From NCBI GenBank assembly GCA_965232485.1, contig OZ246975.1, forward strand, positions 739,196-803,195: a stretch of DNA of 64,000 nucleotides, given 5' to 3'. The translations under genes were made by a program, and so were the position numbers. Positions 1-9,790 of this stretch are shown piece after piece; positions within the stretch are counted from its first letter, which is position 1, and the number at the start of each line of letters is the position of its first letter. Below the pieces are notes generated by a model, which did not search any database, was not told the DNA's origin, and saw only the letters and a program-made list of their open reading frames with translations. The stretch is from Rhodothermales bacterium. Lineage in GTDB: Bacteria > Bacteroidota > Rhodothermia > Rhodothermales > VXPQ01.

Positions 1-51
1 CTGCGCGATGGCATGTTCGCGTCCCCCGCTTCCGATAACCAGTATGCGCAT
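1..51 (-). CDS. purD: phosphoribosylamine--glycine ligase PurD, first 17 codons only (gene runs off the left edge)
   Basis: Reverse complement of 1-51 reads ATG CGC ATA CTG GTT ATC GGA AGC GGG GGA CGC GAA CAT GCC ATC GCG CAG = MRILVIGSGGREHAIAQ, the conserved PurD N-terminus (VLVIGxGGREHA). Absent from the ORF track because it is truncated by the window edge. Confidence 0.55.
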   Translation of the reverse strand, partial: MRILVIGSGGREHAIAQ

Positions 52-126
52 GAAAGCGTTCGTTGTGTTGCGAAAAATCTTTGGCGGAAAATGGTTTGCG
101 GTTTGCCCGCATTGTTTGCTTTGCCC

Positions 127-2778
127 TCAATCCAGCAATCGCCGAAGGGCGTGAAGTTGCTGCAAGGCCTCAAGCGGCGTCATCCGATCCGGGTCCAGCG
201 CGCCGAGGCTTTCTTTCAGCGCCTCCCCTGCCGGATCCATTTTGGCGTCGAAAAGAGACATCTGGAATTGCTCGGCGGAAGCCGACGGCATATCCCCGGG
301 AGAAGGTTTGGCGACGCGCACATCGCCCGGCTGGCCCGCATCAACCTCCGTACGCCGACTTTCCAGTTGCTGCAAAATCTGACGCGCGCGGACAATGACC
401 GGCTCGGGAAGCCCCGCCATGCGCGCCACTTCAATCCCGAACGAATGGTCGGCGCCTTCCGGGGCCAGTTTGCGCAAAAAGATCACGCGCCCTTCATGCT
501 CCTCCACCCGTATGCAAGCGGTGCGCACGCGATCGTATCGATTCGCCAGCTCGTTCAACTCGTGATAATGCGTAGCGAACAACGTGCGGGCCGCCACATC
601 CTCGCGCTCATGCAAATACTCCACCAGCGCCCAGGCGATGGATAGTCCGTCGAACGTGCTGGTGCCGCGCCCCACCTCGTCCAGTAAAATGAGGGAACGC
701 GGCGTGGCATTGTTCAAAATGTTGGCCGTCTCGTTCATCTCGACGAGGAACGTGCTTTCGCCTTCGGCCAGGTTGTCGGAAGCTCCGACCCGCGTGAATA
801 TCCGATCCACAATGCCGATGCGGGCGGATTCCGCCGGTACGAACGAACCGGCCTGGGCCAGCAGCACGATCAGGCCTGTTTGCCGCAACACGACGCTTTT
901 TCCGGCCATATTCGGACCCGTAATGATGACGATCTGAGCGTCGTCGGGGTCCAGATAGATGGAGTTCGGGATAAAAGGCTCGCCCGCAGGAAGGGCTTGC
1001 TCCACCACCGGGTGGCGCCCCCCTTCTATTTCGAGCGTTCGCCCGTCGTGCACGGCGGGCCGGACATACCCGAAACGTACTGCGGCGTCGGCCAGCGCCG
1101 CATGACAATCCACCTTGCCCAGCAACAGGGCGTTGCGTTGCAAGGATTCGGTATGCCGAGCAACCATTGCGCGCAATTCGGCGAAAAGATTTGCCTCAAT
1201 GACGTCGATGCGCTCCTCGGCGGTCAGAATTTTTTCCTCGTATTCCTTCAGTTCCGGCACGATGTAGCGCTCCGCATTGACCAGCGTTTGTTTGCGGATA
1301 TAATCATCCGGCACCTTGTCCTTGTGCGTATTGGTCACTTCGAGGTAGTACCCGAAAACCTTGTTGAAACCGATTTTGAGCGAGGAAATGCCCGTACGCT
1401 CGATTTCTTTTGTTTGCAGCCGGGCCAGCCAATCCTTGCCCGAACGGGCAATATCCCGCAAAGCGTCCAGCTCCTCGTTGTAGCCGTCCCGAATCAGCCC
1501 GCCTCCCCCTGTGGCGGCAGGCGGATTATCCACGAGCGCCCGCCCGATCAGATCGACCAGGTCGGCATGTTCGGTAAGTTGCGCGCCGGCTTCCCGCAAT
1601 GCGGCGGAAGCACAGTCTTCCCGGGAGGCGAGCAGCTGTTTGACGGCGGGAATCTGCTGAAGAGCCAGCTTGACGGCCGCCATATCCCGCGGCGTCGCCC
1701 GCCCTGTAGCGATGCGGACGGCAAGGCGCTCCAGATCGCCCATCTGCTCCAGTTCTTCGCCCAGCTGCGCGCGCAGCGTTCGCGACCGGAAAAAATCCTC
1801 AACGGCGTCGAGGCGACGCTCAATGGCTGCCGCCTCGCGCAGGGGACGCACCAGCCGTCGGCGGAGTTGCCGCCCGCCCATAGGCGTTTTCGTACGGTCC
1901 AGAATGCCTATCAGCGTATCCGCCCGATCCTGCCCATGAAGCGGCGCAACCAGTTCCATATTCCGCTTCGTTTGCGGATCCAGCGTCATATGGCTGGCGC
2001 TGTCGTACGGAACAATTTTGCGCACATGAACCAGGCGTCCCTTCTGCGTTTCGGCGAGATAATGCATCGCGACGCCCGCCGCAACCGTGCCGAGCCGCAA
2101 ACCATCGACCCCGAATCCCTTCAGCGAATGCGTACCGAAATGGTTCAACAGAGTTTTCCGGGCGAAATCATATCCGAATATCCAATCCTCGACCGGGGTC
2201 ACCACGAACGATCCGCGAGGCACATCGTCCCGACGACTCCGGGCTACCAGCATCTCGACCGGCTGAATGGACTGCACGAGATCGAACAATTCTTCCCGTT
2301 TGCCCTCGCTCACATAAAATTCGCCCGTGGACGCATCCAGAAACGCCATGCCGCCGCGCCCGCCGTCCAACCACACGGCTGTCAGGTAATTGGATTGCTT
2401 CGGGTCCAGCAGATTCACATCAAAATAGACGCCCGGCGTAACCACCTCCACCACATCGCGTTTCACCAGCGTTTTGGCCTGGCTCGGGTCTTCCGTCTGC
2501 TCGCACACGGCCACCCGAAAACCGGCCTCGACCAGTTTCGGCAAGTACGTATCCAGCGCATGGTGCGGGAAACCGGCAAGCGGAACGTCGTACGCCTTGC
2601 CGTTGGAACGCTTGGTCAAGGCAATCCCGAGCGCTTCGCTGAGTTGCTTTGCATCCTCGTCGAACGTCTCGAAAAAATCCCCCATCCTGAAGAGAAGCAG
2701 CGCGTGCGGGTGCTGCGCCTTGATGGCGTAATACTGCCGCATGAGCGGCGTTCGCCCTTTTTTCTCCGCGCTGGGCAT
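127..2778 (-). CDS. mutS: DNA mismatch repair protein MutS
   Basis: 883-aa ORF. N-terminal TPLMRQYYAIKAQHPHALLLFRMGDFFETF mismatch-binding motif, Walker A GPNMAGKS, STFLVEM motif, typical length. Confidence 0.97.
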   Translation of the reverse strand: MPSAEKKGRTPLMRQYYAIKAQHPHALLLFRMGDFFETFDEDAKQLSEALGIALTKRSNGKAYDVPLAGFPHHALDTYLPKLVEAGFRVAVCEQTEDPSQAKTLVKRDVVEVVTPGVYFDVNLLDPKQSNYLTAVWLDGGRGGMAFLDASTGEFYVSEGKREELFDLVQSIQPVEMLVARSRRDDVPRGSFVVTPVEDWIFGYDFARKTLLNHFGTHSLKGFGVDGLRLGTVAAGVAMHYLAETQKGRLVHVRKIVPYDSASHMTLDPQTKRNMELVAPLHGQDRADTLIGILDRTKTPMGGRQLRRRLVRPLREAAAIERRLDAVEDFFRSRTLRAQLGEELEQMGDLERLAVRIATGRATPRDMAAVKLALQQIPAVKQLLASREDCASAALREAGAQLTEHADLVDLIGRALVDNPPAATGGGGLIRDGYNEELDALRDIARSGKDWLARLQTKEIERTGISSLKIGFNKVFGYYLEVTNTHKDKVPDDYIRKQTLVNAERYIVPELKEYEEKILTAEERIDVIEANLFAELRAMVARHTESLQRNALLLGKVDCHAALADAAVRFGYVRPAVHDGRTLEIEGGRHPVVEQALPAGEPFIPNSIYLDPDDAQIVIITGPNMAGKSVVLRQTGLIVLLAQAGSFVPAESARIGIVDRIFTRVGASDNLAEGESTFLVEMNETANILNNATPRSLILLDEVGRGTSTFDGLSIAWALVEYLHEREDVAARTLFATHYHELNELANRYDRVRTACIRVEEHEGRVIFLRKLAPEGADHSFGIEVARMAGLPEPVIVRARQILQQLESRRTEVDAGQPGDVRVAKPSPGDMPSASAEQFQMSLFDAKMDPAGEALKESLGALDPDRMTPLEALQQLHALRRLLD

Positions 2779-2789
2779 CTCGTTGCGAA

Positions 2790-5129
2790 TTATTCGACCC
2801 CGTTTGTACGCTCGTCCGCCGGCATAACCTGTCCCGAACTTCCGCCCCCTTCCTGCGAATCGCCGCCCTGCAACAATTCCTCGACAATGCGATCCGCCCC
2901 GTACATATGCTCCAGCGCCTCCAGAATGCCCCGGGCGTCAACCGACACGGCGCGGCCCCGTTCGTCCAGGTATACATACGTGTTTTGCAATGCATCGATA
3001 TTGCTGTCGAACGCCACGCCCACGACCCGCAGGTTCTTGTCGAGCAGCGGCGATCCGGAATTGCCGCCGGTAATATCGTTTGTGGTAACCAGATTCACGG
3101 GCGTGGATCGATCCAGCGAATCAGGCGGAGCGAGCCACCGGTCCGGCAAATCCCAATCGGTGTCTTTGCCGCCGTACGAATAATAATGATCGTACATCCC
3201 GAACAAGGTGGTGTGGGACGGCGCCATCGTACCATTATAAGGATAGTCCGCCACAACGCCATCTGCAATGCGAAGCGAAAACGTCGCATCCGGGGGAATC
3301 TCCGCGCCGTATAATGCGAACCGGGCCAGCGACAACAAGGCGCCCAGTTCCTCCTCCCTGCTTTCCAGACCGGATATCTGCTGCTGTATGGACAAAAACA
3401 GGGGCGTCACGACCCGCGCCAGCGCTTCCGCCGGATCTCCGCTGCCCAGAAAACCCTCTTCCAGCAACACCGCATACCGGGCGGAATCCCCCAACGCGGT
3501 GTCGGACACGATCCGATCGGCGGCCTTTTCAGGCGTTTGTCCCTGCAACAAACGATTCACCGTCGGATCATTTTCGCCGAGATACCGCAAAAATTCGCGC
3601 AGACGCACGGCAAGCATGCGCTTCTCCAGCTCCGGGGGCCAATTTTCTATGCCCAGCGCATCCTCCAGCACCTCTTCGATTTCGTCTGGCGGCATGCCCC
3701 GTTGCCGCATCAGGCTGATCACATACCCATACGCGGCCCGCACCAACACATGCGAATCGAACGCCGGCGAACCAAAAAACAGAAAGGCCCGGTTCTGATC
3801 CGCCATGGCTTCCCTGGAACGCTGCAAACGGGCAATCTCGCTGATCGCATGGCCATATTTTTCCTCAAGGGAATCCACGGCGGCAATGGCGGAGACCAAG
3901 TCTCTTTCCGCCGTCATTCGCCGCGCAATCAGCAGCGAATCACGCAATCCGGCCAGTTCTCCTTCATGCTTTTTGAACTGATTCGAAATCTGGAGCCAGT
4001 CGTTGCGCAGGTCGTATTCCCGGGCCGACCCCTCTGCCTCGGCGATATATTCTTCCAGAATCCGCATCCGGTCCCGTAGCGCGTCAAGCGTGGCGGGCAA
4101 CATATAATCCCGCTCGAATTCCAGTTGCCCAACCGTCGCCAAACGGCTCGTGGAGCCCGGATTGCCCACCACGAAAACGGCCTCGCCTTCCTGCGCTCCG
4201 TCCTTGTCCCATGCAAAATAATTCGGCGTACGCAGCGGCTCGCCCTCCGCATCCCAGGCCCGAAAAAAACTGAAATCGAAACTGTAGCGGGGATACGTGA
4301 AATTATCCGGATCGCCGCCGAAGGCGCCAATCAGCAACTCCGGCGCAAACACCAGCCGAATATCGTCGTAGCGCCGGAACGTATAGGCCGAATACCGCCC
4401 GCCGTAGTACAGTTCGACCACCTGCACGGTCAACAGCGAATCCCGGGCTTTCGCCTCGGCGTCCATGCGTTCCTCCATGCGCTCCATCCTTCTATTTCGC
4501 CCCGCCGCCGAAAGGTCCCGCCGCTCCATATCCCGGCTTGCGCGGCCCGGTCGCCTGCGGGATTCGGGCAAGGCGGCGTCCACAAACGGAACTCGCCCGT
4601 AGACCTCATCCGTAATATCCCGGATTTCCACCAGTTGCTCCGCATAGAGTCCTTCCACCTTGCGCTCCGCCCCAAGCGAATCGGCGTAAAATCCCTCATC
4701 CAGCAAGGCCTCGCCCTCTCGGGTCACCTCCGTAACGCTTTCCCGCGCGCAATGGTGGTTCGTAAGAATAAGTCCGTTCGGCGACACGAACGAGGCCGAA
4801 CAATTCGGAAGCCGCAACGCGCCCAAACGCGCCTGCGCGAACCAGGCGGAATCCGGCCTGAATCCATAGGCCTCCTCGAAATAGTCCACCGGCGGGTCCT
4901 CGAACGTCCACATTTTTCCCGTATCGAATCGCCCCACCTCGACCCGGGACGGCGCGGCGAGCGAACGAGCGGCGGGCGACTCCACCGAAAAAACGTCCGT
5001 TACGGGCGCCTGCTCGGTCGGACCGGGACGCTCCACAACGGATACGACCTGGCTGCTGCCGCTGCATCCCGCCCAGGCCAGCAAGAGCAGCAGAACGGCG
5101 GCGCGCTTTCGGGGAGATTTCATGCGCAT
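2790..5129 (-). CDS. S46 family peptidase (DPP7/DPP11-like dipeptidyl-peptidase), lipoprotein
   Basis: Catalytic motifs TNHHCA (His) and GGNSGSP (Ser) and overall S46 architecture. Start moved to the ATG at 5129 (MRMKSPRKRAAVLLLLLAWAGC lipobox) within ORF 2790..5189. Confidence 0.9.
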   Translation of the reverse strand: MRMKSPRKRAAVLLLLLAWAGCSGSSQVVSVVERPGPTEQAPVTDVFSVESPAARSLAAPSRVEVGRFDTGKMWTFEDPPVDYFEEAYGFRPDSAWFAQARLGALRLPNCSASFVSPNGLILTNHHCARESVTEVTREGEALLDEGFYADSLGAERKVEGLYAEQLVEIRDITDEVYGRVPFVDAALPESRRRPGRASRDMERRDLSAAGRNRRMERMEERMDAEAKARDSLLTVQVVELYYGGRYSAYTFRRYDDIRLVFAPELLIGAFGGDPDNFTYPRYSFDFSFFRAWDAEGEPLRTPNYFAWDKDGAQEGEAVFVVGNPGSTSRLATVGQLEFERDYMLPATLDALRDRMRILEEYIAEAEGSAREYDLRNDWLQISNQFKKHEGELAGLRDSLLIARRMTAERDLVSAIAAVDSLEEKYGHAISEIARLQRSREAMADQNRAFLFFGSPAFDSHVLVRAAYGYVISLMRQRGMPPDEIEEVLEDALGIENWPPELEKRMLAVRLREFLRYLGENDPTVNRLLQGQTPEKAADRIVSDTALGDSARYAVLLEEGFLGSGDPAEALARVVTPLFLSIQQQISGLESREEELGALLSLARFALYGAEIPPDATFSLRIADGVVADYPYNGTMAPSHTTLFGMYDHYYSYGGKDTDWDLPDRWLAPPDSLDRSTPVNLVTTNDITGGNSGSPLLDKNLRVVGVAFDSNIDALQNTYVYLDERGRAVSVDARGILEALEHMYGADRIVEELLQGGDSQEGGGSSGQVMPADERTNGVE

Positions 5130-5145
5130 GGCGAATAAAAAAGAA

Positions 5146-7395
5146 CTATTCGGACAAGATGGCGTCGGCTGCTTCCTCTGTCTCGGCAAAACGTCCCTCG
5201 GTCGTTTCCAGCGTTAGGCGATCCGCATCGTACATATCGTCGAGCGCCTCAAGGATGCCGCGCACATCGACCGAAATACTGCGCGACCGGTCCGTCATGT
5301 AAATAAAATCCCCGGACAAACTCTCGATATTGCCGTCGAACAAAAGCCCTGTCAGGCGCAAGTCCTGATCGATAACCGGAGACCCCGAATTGCCGCCAAT
5401 GGCGTCGTTGGTGGAAACGAAATTCAGCGGCGTATTCAGGGCAAAATCCTCCGGCGGCGTCCGCCAGCGCAGCGGCACGTCCCATGGCGTATCGGGACCG
5501 TACGAATAATAATGATCGTACAATCCGTAATACGTCGTCCAGGGCGGCGCCACCGTGCCATTGTACGGATAGCCTTGCACCACGCCGTCGGCGATGCGCA
5601 AGGAAAATGTCGCGTCGGGAGGCGTCTCCACGCCGTACGCGGCATAGCGGGCTCGCCCGATCTGCTGCGAAAGCGCCTGTTCCTCGGCGGCAAGCGCCGC
5701 CATGTCCTGACGGTAGGCCGCCAACGATTCGGCGATGGCCTGCGCAAGCCGCAGAGCCGGGTCGTCTTCCGGCGCGACGCCGGATTGCAGCGCTTCCATG
5801 GCGGAAATTCCTTCCGTAAGCACCGAATGCGCCACCACGAACTGCGCCGCCTCCTCCGGGGAATCTGCAACGGACATATCCACGCCCGGAATACGCTCCA
5901 GACCCAAACGCTCCGCCAGCGTCTTCAGCCGCGCCGCGAGAAACGCAGCCTGCATCGACGCGGGCTGATCCTCAATGCCGGACAGTTCCTCGCGCAGGGC
6001 GGCAGGAACCTCCCGCAGCGTATCCGGCGACCCGACGTAATCATGCACAATCAGGGCGCGTCGAAGCGCCGCAGCGCCCAGCGAAGAAGCCGGATCCAGC
6101 GCAAGAAACGCCCGGTAGGCATCCTTGAGAACACGCTTTTTTTTCTGTACTTCGCGCATCTGCCCGATGAGACCGCCGTACTGTTCGCTGAGCGCAGGCG
6201 TCCCCTCGATCGCTTCCAGAAACTGCGCCTCGGCGTCCATCCGGCGGGCAAGCACGACGGGATCGTTCAGCGCTTTCACGCGGCCCACGTACAATTTGCG
6301 GGCATTCTGTAACGAAAAAATCTGGTTGACAAGCGCCTCCTGTCCTTCTGAATCCCCTTCAGAACGCAACGTCTCCAGAGCGGCGAGGCGGGTTTCGATC
6401 AGGTCGAGCACGGCAGGTTCCTGCACGTCGCGGCGAAACAGCAACTCCGCCACGGTAGACAACCGGAACGTAGCGCCGGGATTCCCGACCACGAACACCG
6501 CATCCCCTTCCTGCACCCCTTCGGTATTCATAGGAAAATAATAACGGACATTCAGCGGCTCGCCGTCTTCGTATACCCGAAAAAAGGCCATGTCAAGCGT
6601 GTACCGGGGATACGTAAAATTGTCTGGATCGCCGCCGAAAAACCCGATATTCAGTTCGGGAATAAACACCAGCCGGAGATCGGTATAGCGCCGAAAAACA
6701 TAGGCAGACCATAGCGCCCCGTCGTAGAGGGGAACCATTTCGACATGACGCCCCGATCCCGCCTCCGCCTCGATTCGCTCTTGCGCCTGCCGGATGGCCT
6801 CTTCCCGCGCTTGCTTGCGCTCGGCCTCGTCCGCAAGCCCGGCGACGGCAGCCTCCACTTCGGGCGTTACGTCCCGAATATCGACCAGTCGGTCGGCCCA
6901 CATGCCCTGCGCCGGGCGTTCCTCTTCCAGCGACCGGGCGTAAAACCCGTCATCCAGAATCCGCTCGCCCTCAAGGGCAACGCCTGCGGCGTGACTGCGG
7001 GCGCAATGATGATTGGTCAACACGAGGCCCTTGGGCGACACGAACGAGGCCGTGCACCCCGGAATCCGCAACGTACCGAGCCGGGCATGCCGAAACCATT
7101 CGGCGCCTGGAGAAAAACCGTACGTTTCGGAGAAATATTCAACCGGAGGATGATCGAACGTCCACATTTTTCCCTGGTCGAAACGTCCGGCGCGAACCAT
7201 CGTGGAATCAACGCGTTGCGCCGGCGCAGGCCGAAGCGGCTCATGGACCAGCACGGTTTCCGGAACCTCCGTGGGCGTTACGGGCCCCATCGCGACTGCC
7301 GAACCATCGGAAGACGCCGTCTCCTTGCTGCCCGAGCAGGCGGCAAGCAACGATAGCGCTGAAAAAACCAGAATGAACCGGATGCGTTTGTACAT
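5146..7395 (-). CDS. S46 family peptidase (DPP7/DPP11-like), lipoprotein, tandem paralog
   Basis: 749-aa ORF. MYKRIRFILVFSALSLLAAC lipobox, TNHHCA and GGNSGSP motifs. Colinear with the neighbouring S46 gene. Confidence 0.9.
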   Translation of the reverse strand: MYKRIRFILVFSALSLLAACSGSKETASSDGSAVAMGPVTPTEVPETVLVHEPLRPAPAQRVDSTMVRAGRFDQGKMWTFDHPPVEYFSETYGFSPGAEWFRHARLGTLRIPGCTASFVSPKGLVLTNHHCARSHAAGVALEGERILDDGFYARSLEEERPAQGMWADRLVDIRDVTPEVEAAVAGLADEAERKQAREEAIRQAQERIEAEAGSGRHVEMVPLYDGALWSAYVFRRYTDLRLVFIPELNIGFFGGDPDNFTYPRYTLDMAFFRVYEDGEPLNVRYYFPMNTEGVQEGDAVFVVGNPGATFRLSTVAELLFRRDVQEPAVLDLIETRLAALETLRSEGDSEGQEALVNQIFSLQNARKLYVGRVKALNDPVVLARRMDAEAQFLEAIEGTPALSEQYGGLIGQMREVQKKKRVLKDAYRAFLALDPASSLGAAALRRALIVHDYVGSPDTLREVPAALREELSGIEDQPASMQAAFLAARLKTLAERLGLERIPGVDMSVADSPEEAAQFVVAHSVLTEGISAMEALQSGVAPEDDPALRLAQAIAESLAAYRQDMAALAAEEQALSQQIGRARYAAYGVETPPDATFSLRIADGVVQGYPYNGTVAPPWTTYYGLYDHYYSYGPDTPWDVPLRWRTPPEDFALNTPLNFVSTNDAIGGNSGSPVIDQDLRLTGLLFDGNIESLSGDFIYMTDRSRSISVDVRGILEALDDMYDADRLTLETTEGRFAETEEAADAILSE

Positions 7396-7641
7396 GGTTC
7401 AAAAGTAATGATCGCCGCCGTGCGGGCGAGCCGCACGGCAGGGTAATGCGCAATAAGCTTTTTGATACAAAGAAAGCCGCAGCAAAGATTCCTTCCCATG
7501 CAGGACCGTACCTCAAAACGACGCGGACCCTGCTTTATTGCGCGTAAACAACCCGCAGGCGGTTGATCGCTTATGCAAAAGAGGGCGAAAAACGATGCGG
7601 AATACTTCGCGCCGGACAACATGACAGCGTGCGCAACCCAT

Positions 7642-7725
7642 GCGAAAGTGGCGGAACTGGCAGACGCGCCAGATTTAGGATCTGGTGGGGTAACACCCTT
7701 GGGGGTTCGAGTCCCCCCTTTCGCA
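7642..7725 (+). tRNA. tRNA-Leu (anticodon TAG)
   Basis: Cloverleaf read by eye: acceptor GCGAAAG/CTTTCGC plus discriminator A, D arm GCGGAACTGGCAGACGC, anticodon stem CCAGA/TCTGG with loop TTTAGGA, long variable arm TGGGGTAACACCCTT, T arm GGGGG-TTCGAGT-CCCCC. CCA is not encoded. Confidence 0.9.
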
Positions 7726-7763
7726 CGCAACAAGTTTCCAATGCGCCCGCCAGCGCGCCGGGG

Positions 7764-8714
7764 TTACTCAAGGAGCGATTCATATACCGACGTGTGCGAC
7801 GGATCGAGCGCCGTAAGGTAATCGTACGCCCGGTTGCTTTCCTGCCAGCCCTCGAACACGGCGGCCAGTTCGGTGTATTTCGCCAAAAAGAACAAATCGA
7901 GGACATGCTGCCGGGATATGTCCTCGTATAATGCATCAAGGTCGGCCAGCACCTGAAGCATGGCGTTCCGCGCCGCATCGGGATTCACAAGAAAGCGGTC
8001 GAGTCCGCCAAAGTGGTAGTCGAAATACGCCTTCCGCAAGGGACGCATGCGCGGATCCAGCGCCTGGCCTATCAGGTCGGTGCGCCCGGGGTCCAGGGCG
8101 CTGCCGCTTGGGGTCCAGCCCGGATGCGACGAGGACTGCGCCCGTTCCGCAATCCGCCGCGCTGTTTCGAAATGCGGCGATCCCCCGAACTCGCTGAACG
8201 TATCGTAGTCGTAGCCCAGCATCATATACGCATAAAAATCGACCACCGAGGTGAGCGGATTGTATTGCTCAAGGTTGAATACGAGAGGCTGGCCCTGCGC
8301 ATACTGGAATTGCCAGGAATCGTCGCTGAACTGCACGACCGTGCTGTGCTGCATGGTATTGTAAATCGGGCGGCGGATCGCCACCACCAGCCGCACGTCA
8401 AACGTGGTCAATGTAACCGCCTCCAGCACAGTCAACTCCATCGTGCAGTCGATCCGTTCGTCTTCCCGGAACGTATCCTCCGTCCAGGAACGATCATTCA
8501 GATATTCTTCCATGCGCAACTCCAGGTCGTCAAGAAACCCGAAGTCGGAGCCCGTCAGCGTACTGTAATCGACAGAAATCGCGCAATTGAATTCCTGTGC
8601 GGCGCTCGGCGCCGGGACGCAAAAGAGCGCGACAAGAAGCAGTCCGGCTATCGGCGAGCGAAGCCGGGCGACGAACCGCCTCGCGGCGCAAGGTATGTCC
8701 TGAACGCGCAGCAT
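7764..8714 (-). CDS. DUF4835-like secreted protein (conserved Bacteroidota hypothetical)
   Basis: ORF 7764..8777 with start moved to MLRVQD (8714). Signal peptide ...LLLVALFCVPAPSAAQE. The body (FNCAISVDYSTL..., ERIDCTMELTVLE..., VDFYAYMMLGYDYDTFS) resembles the DUF4835 family from memory. Not verified by search. Confidence 0.55.
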   Translation of the reverse strand: MLRVQDIPCAARRFVARLRSPIAGLLLVALFCVPAPSAAQEFNCAISVDYSTLTGSDFGFLDDLELRMEEYLNDRSWTEDTFREDERIDCTMELTVLEAVTLTTFDVRLVVAIRRPIYNTMQHSTVVQFSDDSWQFQYAQGQPLVFNLEQYNPLTSVVDFYAYMMLGYDYDTFSEFGGSPHFETARRIAERAQSSSHPGWTPSGSALDPGRTDLIGQALDPRMRPLRKAYFDYHFGGLDRFLVNPDAARNAMLQVLADLDALYEDISRQHVLDLFFLAKYTELAAVFEGWQESNRAYDYLTALDPSHTSVYESLLE

Positions 8715-8831
8715 GCCTTGGGATACTCTGAACCGGGCGGTCCGGTTTCCGGCAGGCGTATCGCAAACCCGACGCAATTTTTTTCCGGGAACGGGTCATA
8801 TATGCCCTCGCAAGGCGTCTATTGTTGTAAA

Positions 8832-8890
8832 GGACGCTCTGATCAAAACCGCTTCGCTCAGCATGTCACGTTCGCGCGCAAAGGATATCG
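8832..8890. repeat. truncated copy (one end) of the TTAA-MITE family
   Basis: GGACGCTCTGATCAAAACCGCTTCGCTCAGCATGTCACGTTCGC... aligns with the end GGATGCTCTGATCAAGTCCACTTCGCTCAGCGCATCACGTTCGC of the full copy at 32644. A further solo terminus, GGATACTCTGAAC, lies at 8721-8733. Confidence 0.7.
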
Positions 8891-8958
8891 TGCTTGCACA
8901 AGCCGCGCATCCCGCTGCTTCGCCGCGCCGCGCAGGCCCGCACCCGGGTCCGCGCCGC

Positions 8959-9771
8959 ATGATTTCTGTTTTCCTTGTTGTCGTATTCGCAATGCTTGCG
9001 CCGCCCTGCTCGCCGGGGCAACCCGCGCTGTACGGGGCCCGCAGCGCCGCGCTCGGCGGTGCGTCCGCCGCATTGCCGGACGATGCGGCGGGGCAAGGGA
9101 ATCCTGCTGCCTGGGCGCAAGCAAATACGCGCATCGCTTCGTTGCACGGCGCGCAATTGTACGGCTTGCCCGAGCTCCGGCTGGTCGGCGCGCGGCTTGT
9201 CGCGCCCGTCCGCCGAAGCGCCGTCGCCGGAAGCGTCTCGGCTTTCGGATTCGACCTGTATCGGCATATGACGGCGGCGGGCGGGTATGCGCGGCGCATC
9301 GGCTTCGGATCGCACCGAAACGCCTATGCGGGCATACGGGTCGAATGGCGCCAGGCGTACATAGCGCATTACGGGCAACCCGGCGCATTGAGCCTGACCG
9401 GAGGCGTTCTGTTTCCGGTTACGCCGTTCATTTCGCTGGGCGACGTCGCCTACCGTCTGGCCGCTTTCGCCGGCCCCTTGCGCTCCGAATTGTCCCGCCG
9501 CCTTGCCGCAGGCGCCTTGTGGAGTCCTTCTTCAGCCCTGACCATAATTACGGACGTGGCCAAAGAAGTGCGCTCGCCGCTTTCCGCCTCGGCGGGCATT
9601 GAAATCCGAATGGTCGACGCCCTGATCTTGCGGGGAGGATTTGCGTCGGGGCCACGACGAACAAGCGGCGGGATCGGGCTGCGCGTCGCGTCCATTCAAG
9701 CCGATTTCGCCGTACAAAAACACTACGCGCTGGGCTGGACCCCTTCCATGTCCCTGCATTATTCCTGGTAA
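8959..9771 (+). CDS. outer-membrane beta-barrel protein, PorV/PorQ-like superfamily
   Basis: Start at the ATG at 8959 (MISVFLVVVFAMLAPPCSPGQP signal) within ORF 8713..9771. LYGARSAALGGASAALPDDAAGQGNPAAW matches the G-x-R-x-x-ALGGA...DD...NPA motif also seen in the 53948..55045 protein. Alternating beta-strand pattern, C-terminal ...SLHYSW. Confidence 0.55.
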   Translation: MISVFLVVVFAMLAPPCSPGQPALYGARSAALGGASAALPDDAAGQGNPAAWAQANTRIASLHGAQLYGLPELRLVGARLVAPVRRSAVAGSVSAFGFDLYRHMTAAGGYARRIGFGSHRNAYAGIRVEWRQAYIAHYGQPGALSLTGGVLFPVTPFISLGDVAYRLAAFAGPLRSELSRRLAAGALWSPSSALTIITDVAKEVRSPLSASAGIEIRMVDALILRGGFASGPRRTSGGIGLRVASIQADFAVQKHYALGWTPSMSLHYSW

Positions 9772-9790
9772 GGCTGGAAAAGGCGCTCTC

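Noticed and set aside
880-3183. 767-aa ORF on the + strand
   Set aside because: It is entirely antisense to mutS and the S46 peptidase, which have unambiguous motifs. It is Arg/Pro/Gly-rich with no motifs, a typical shadow ORF of GC-rich DNA.
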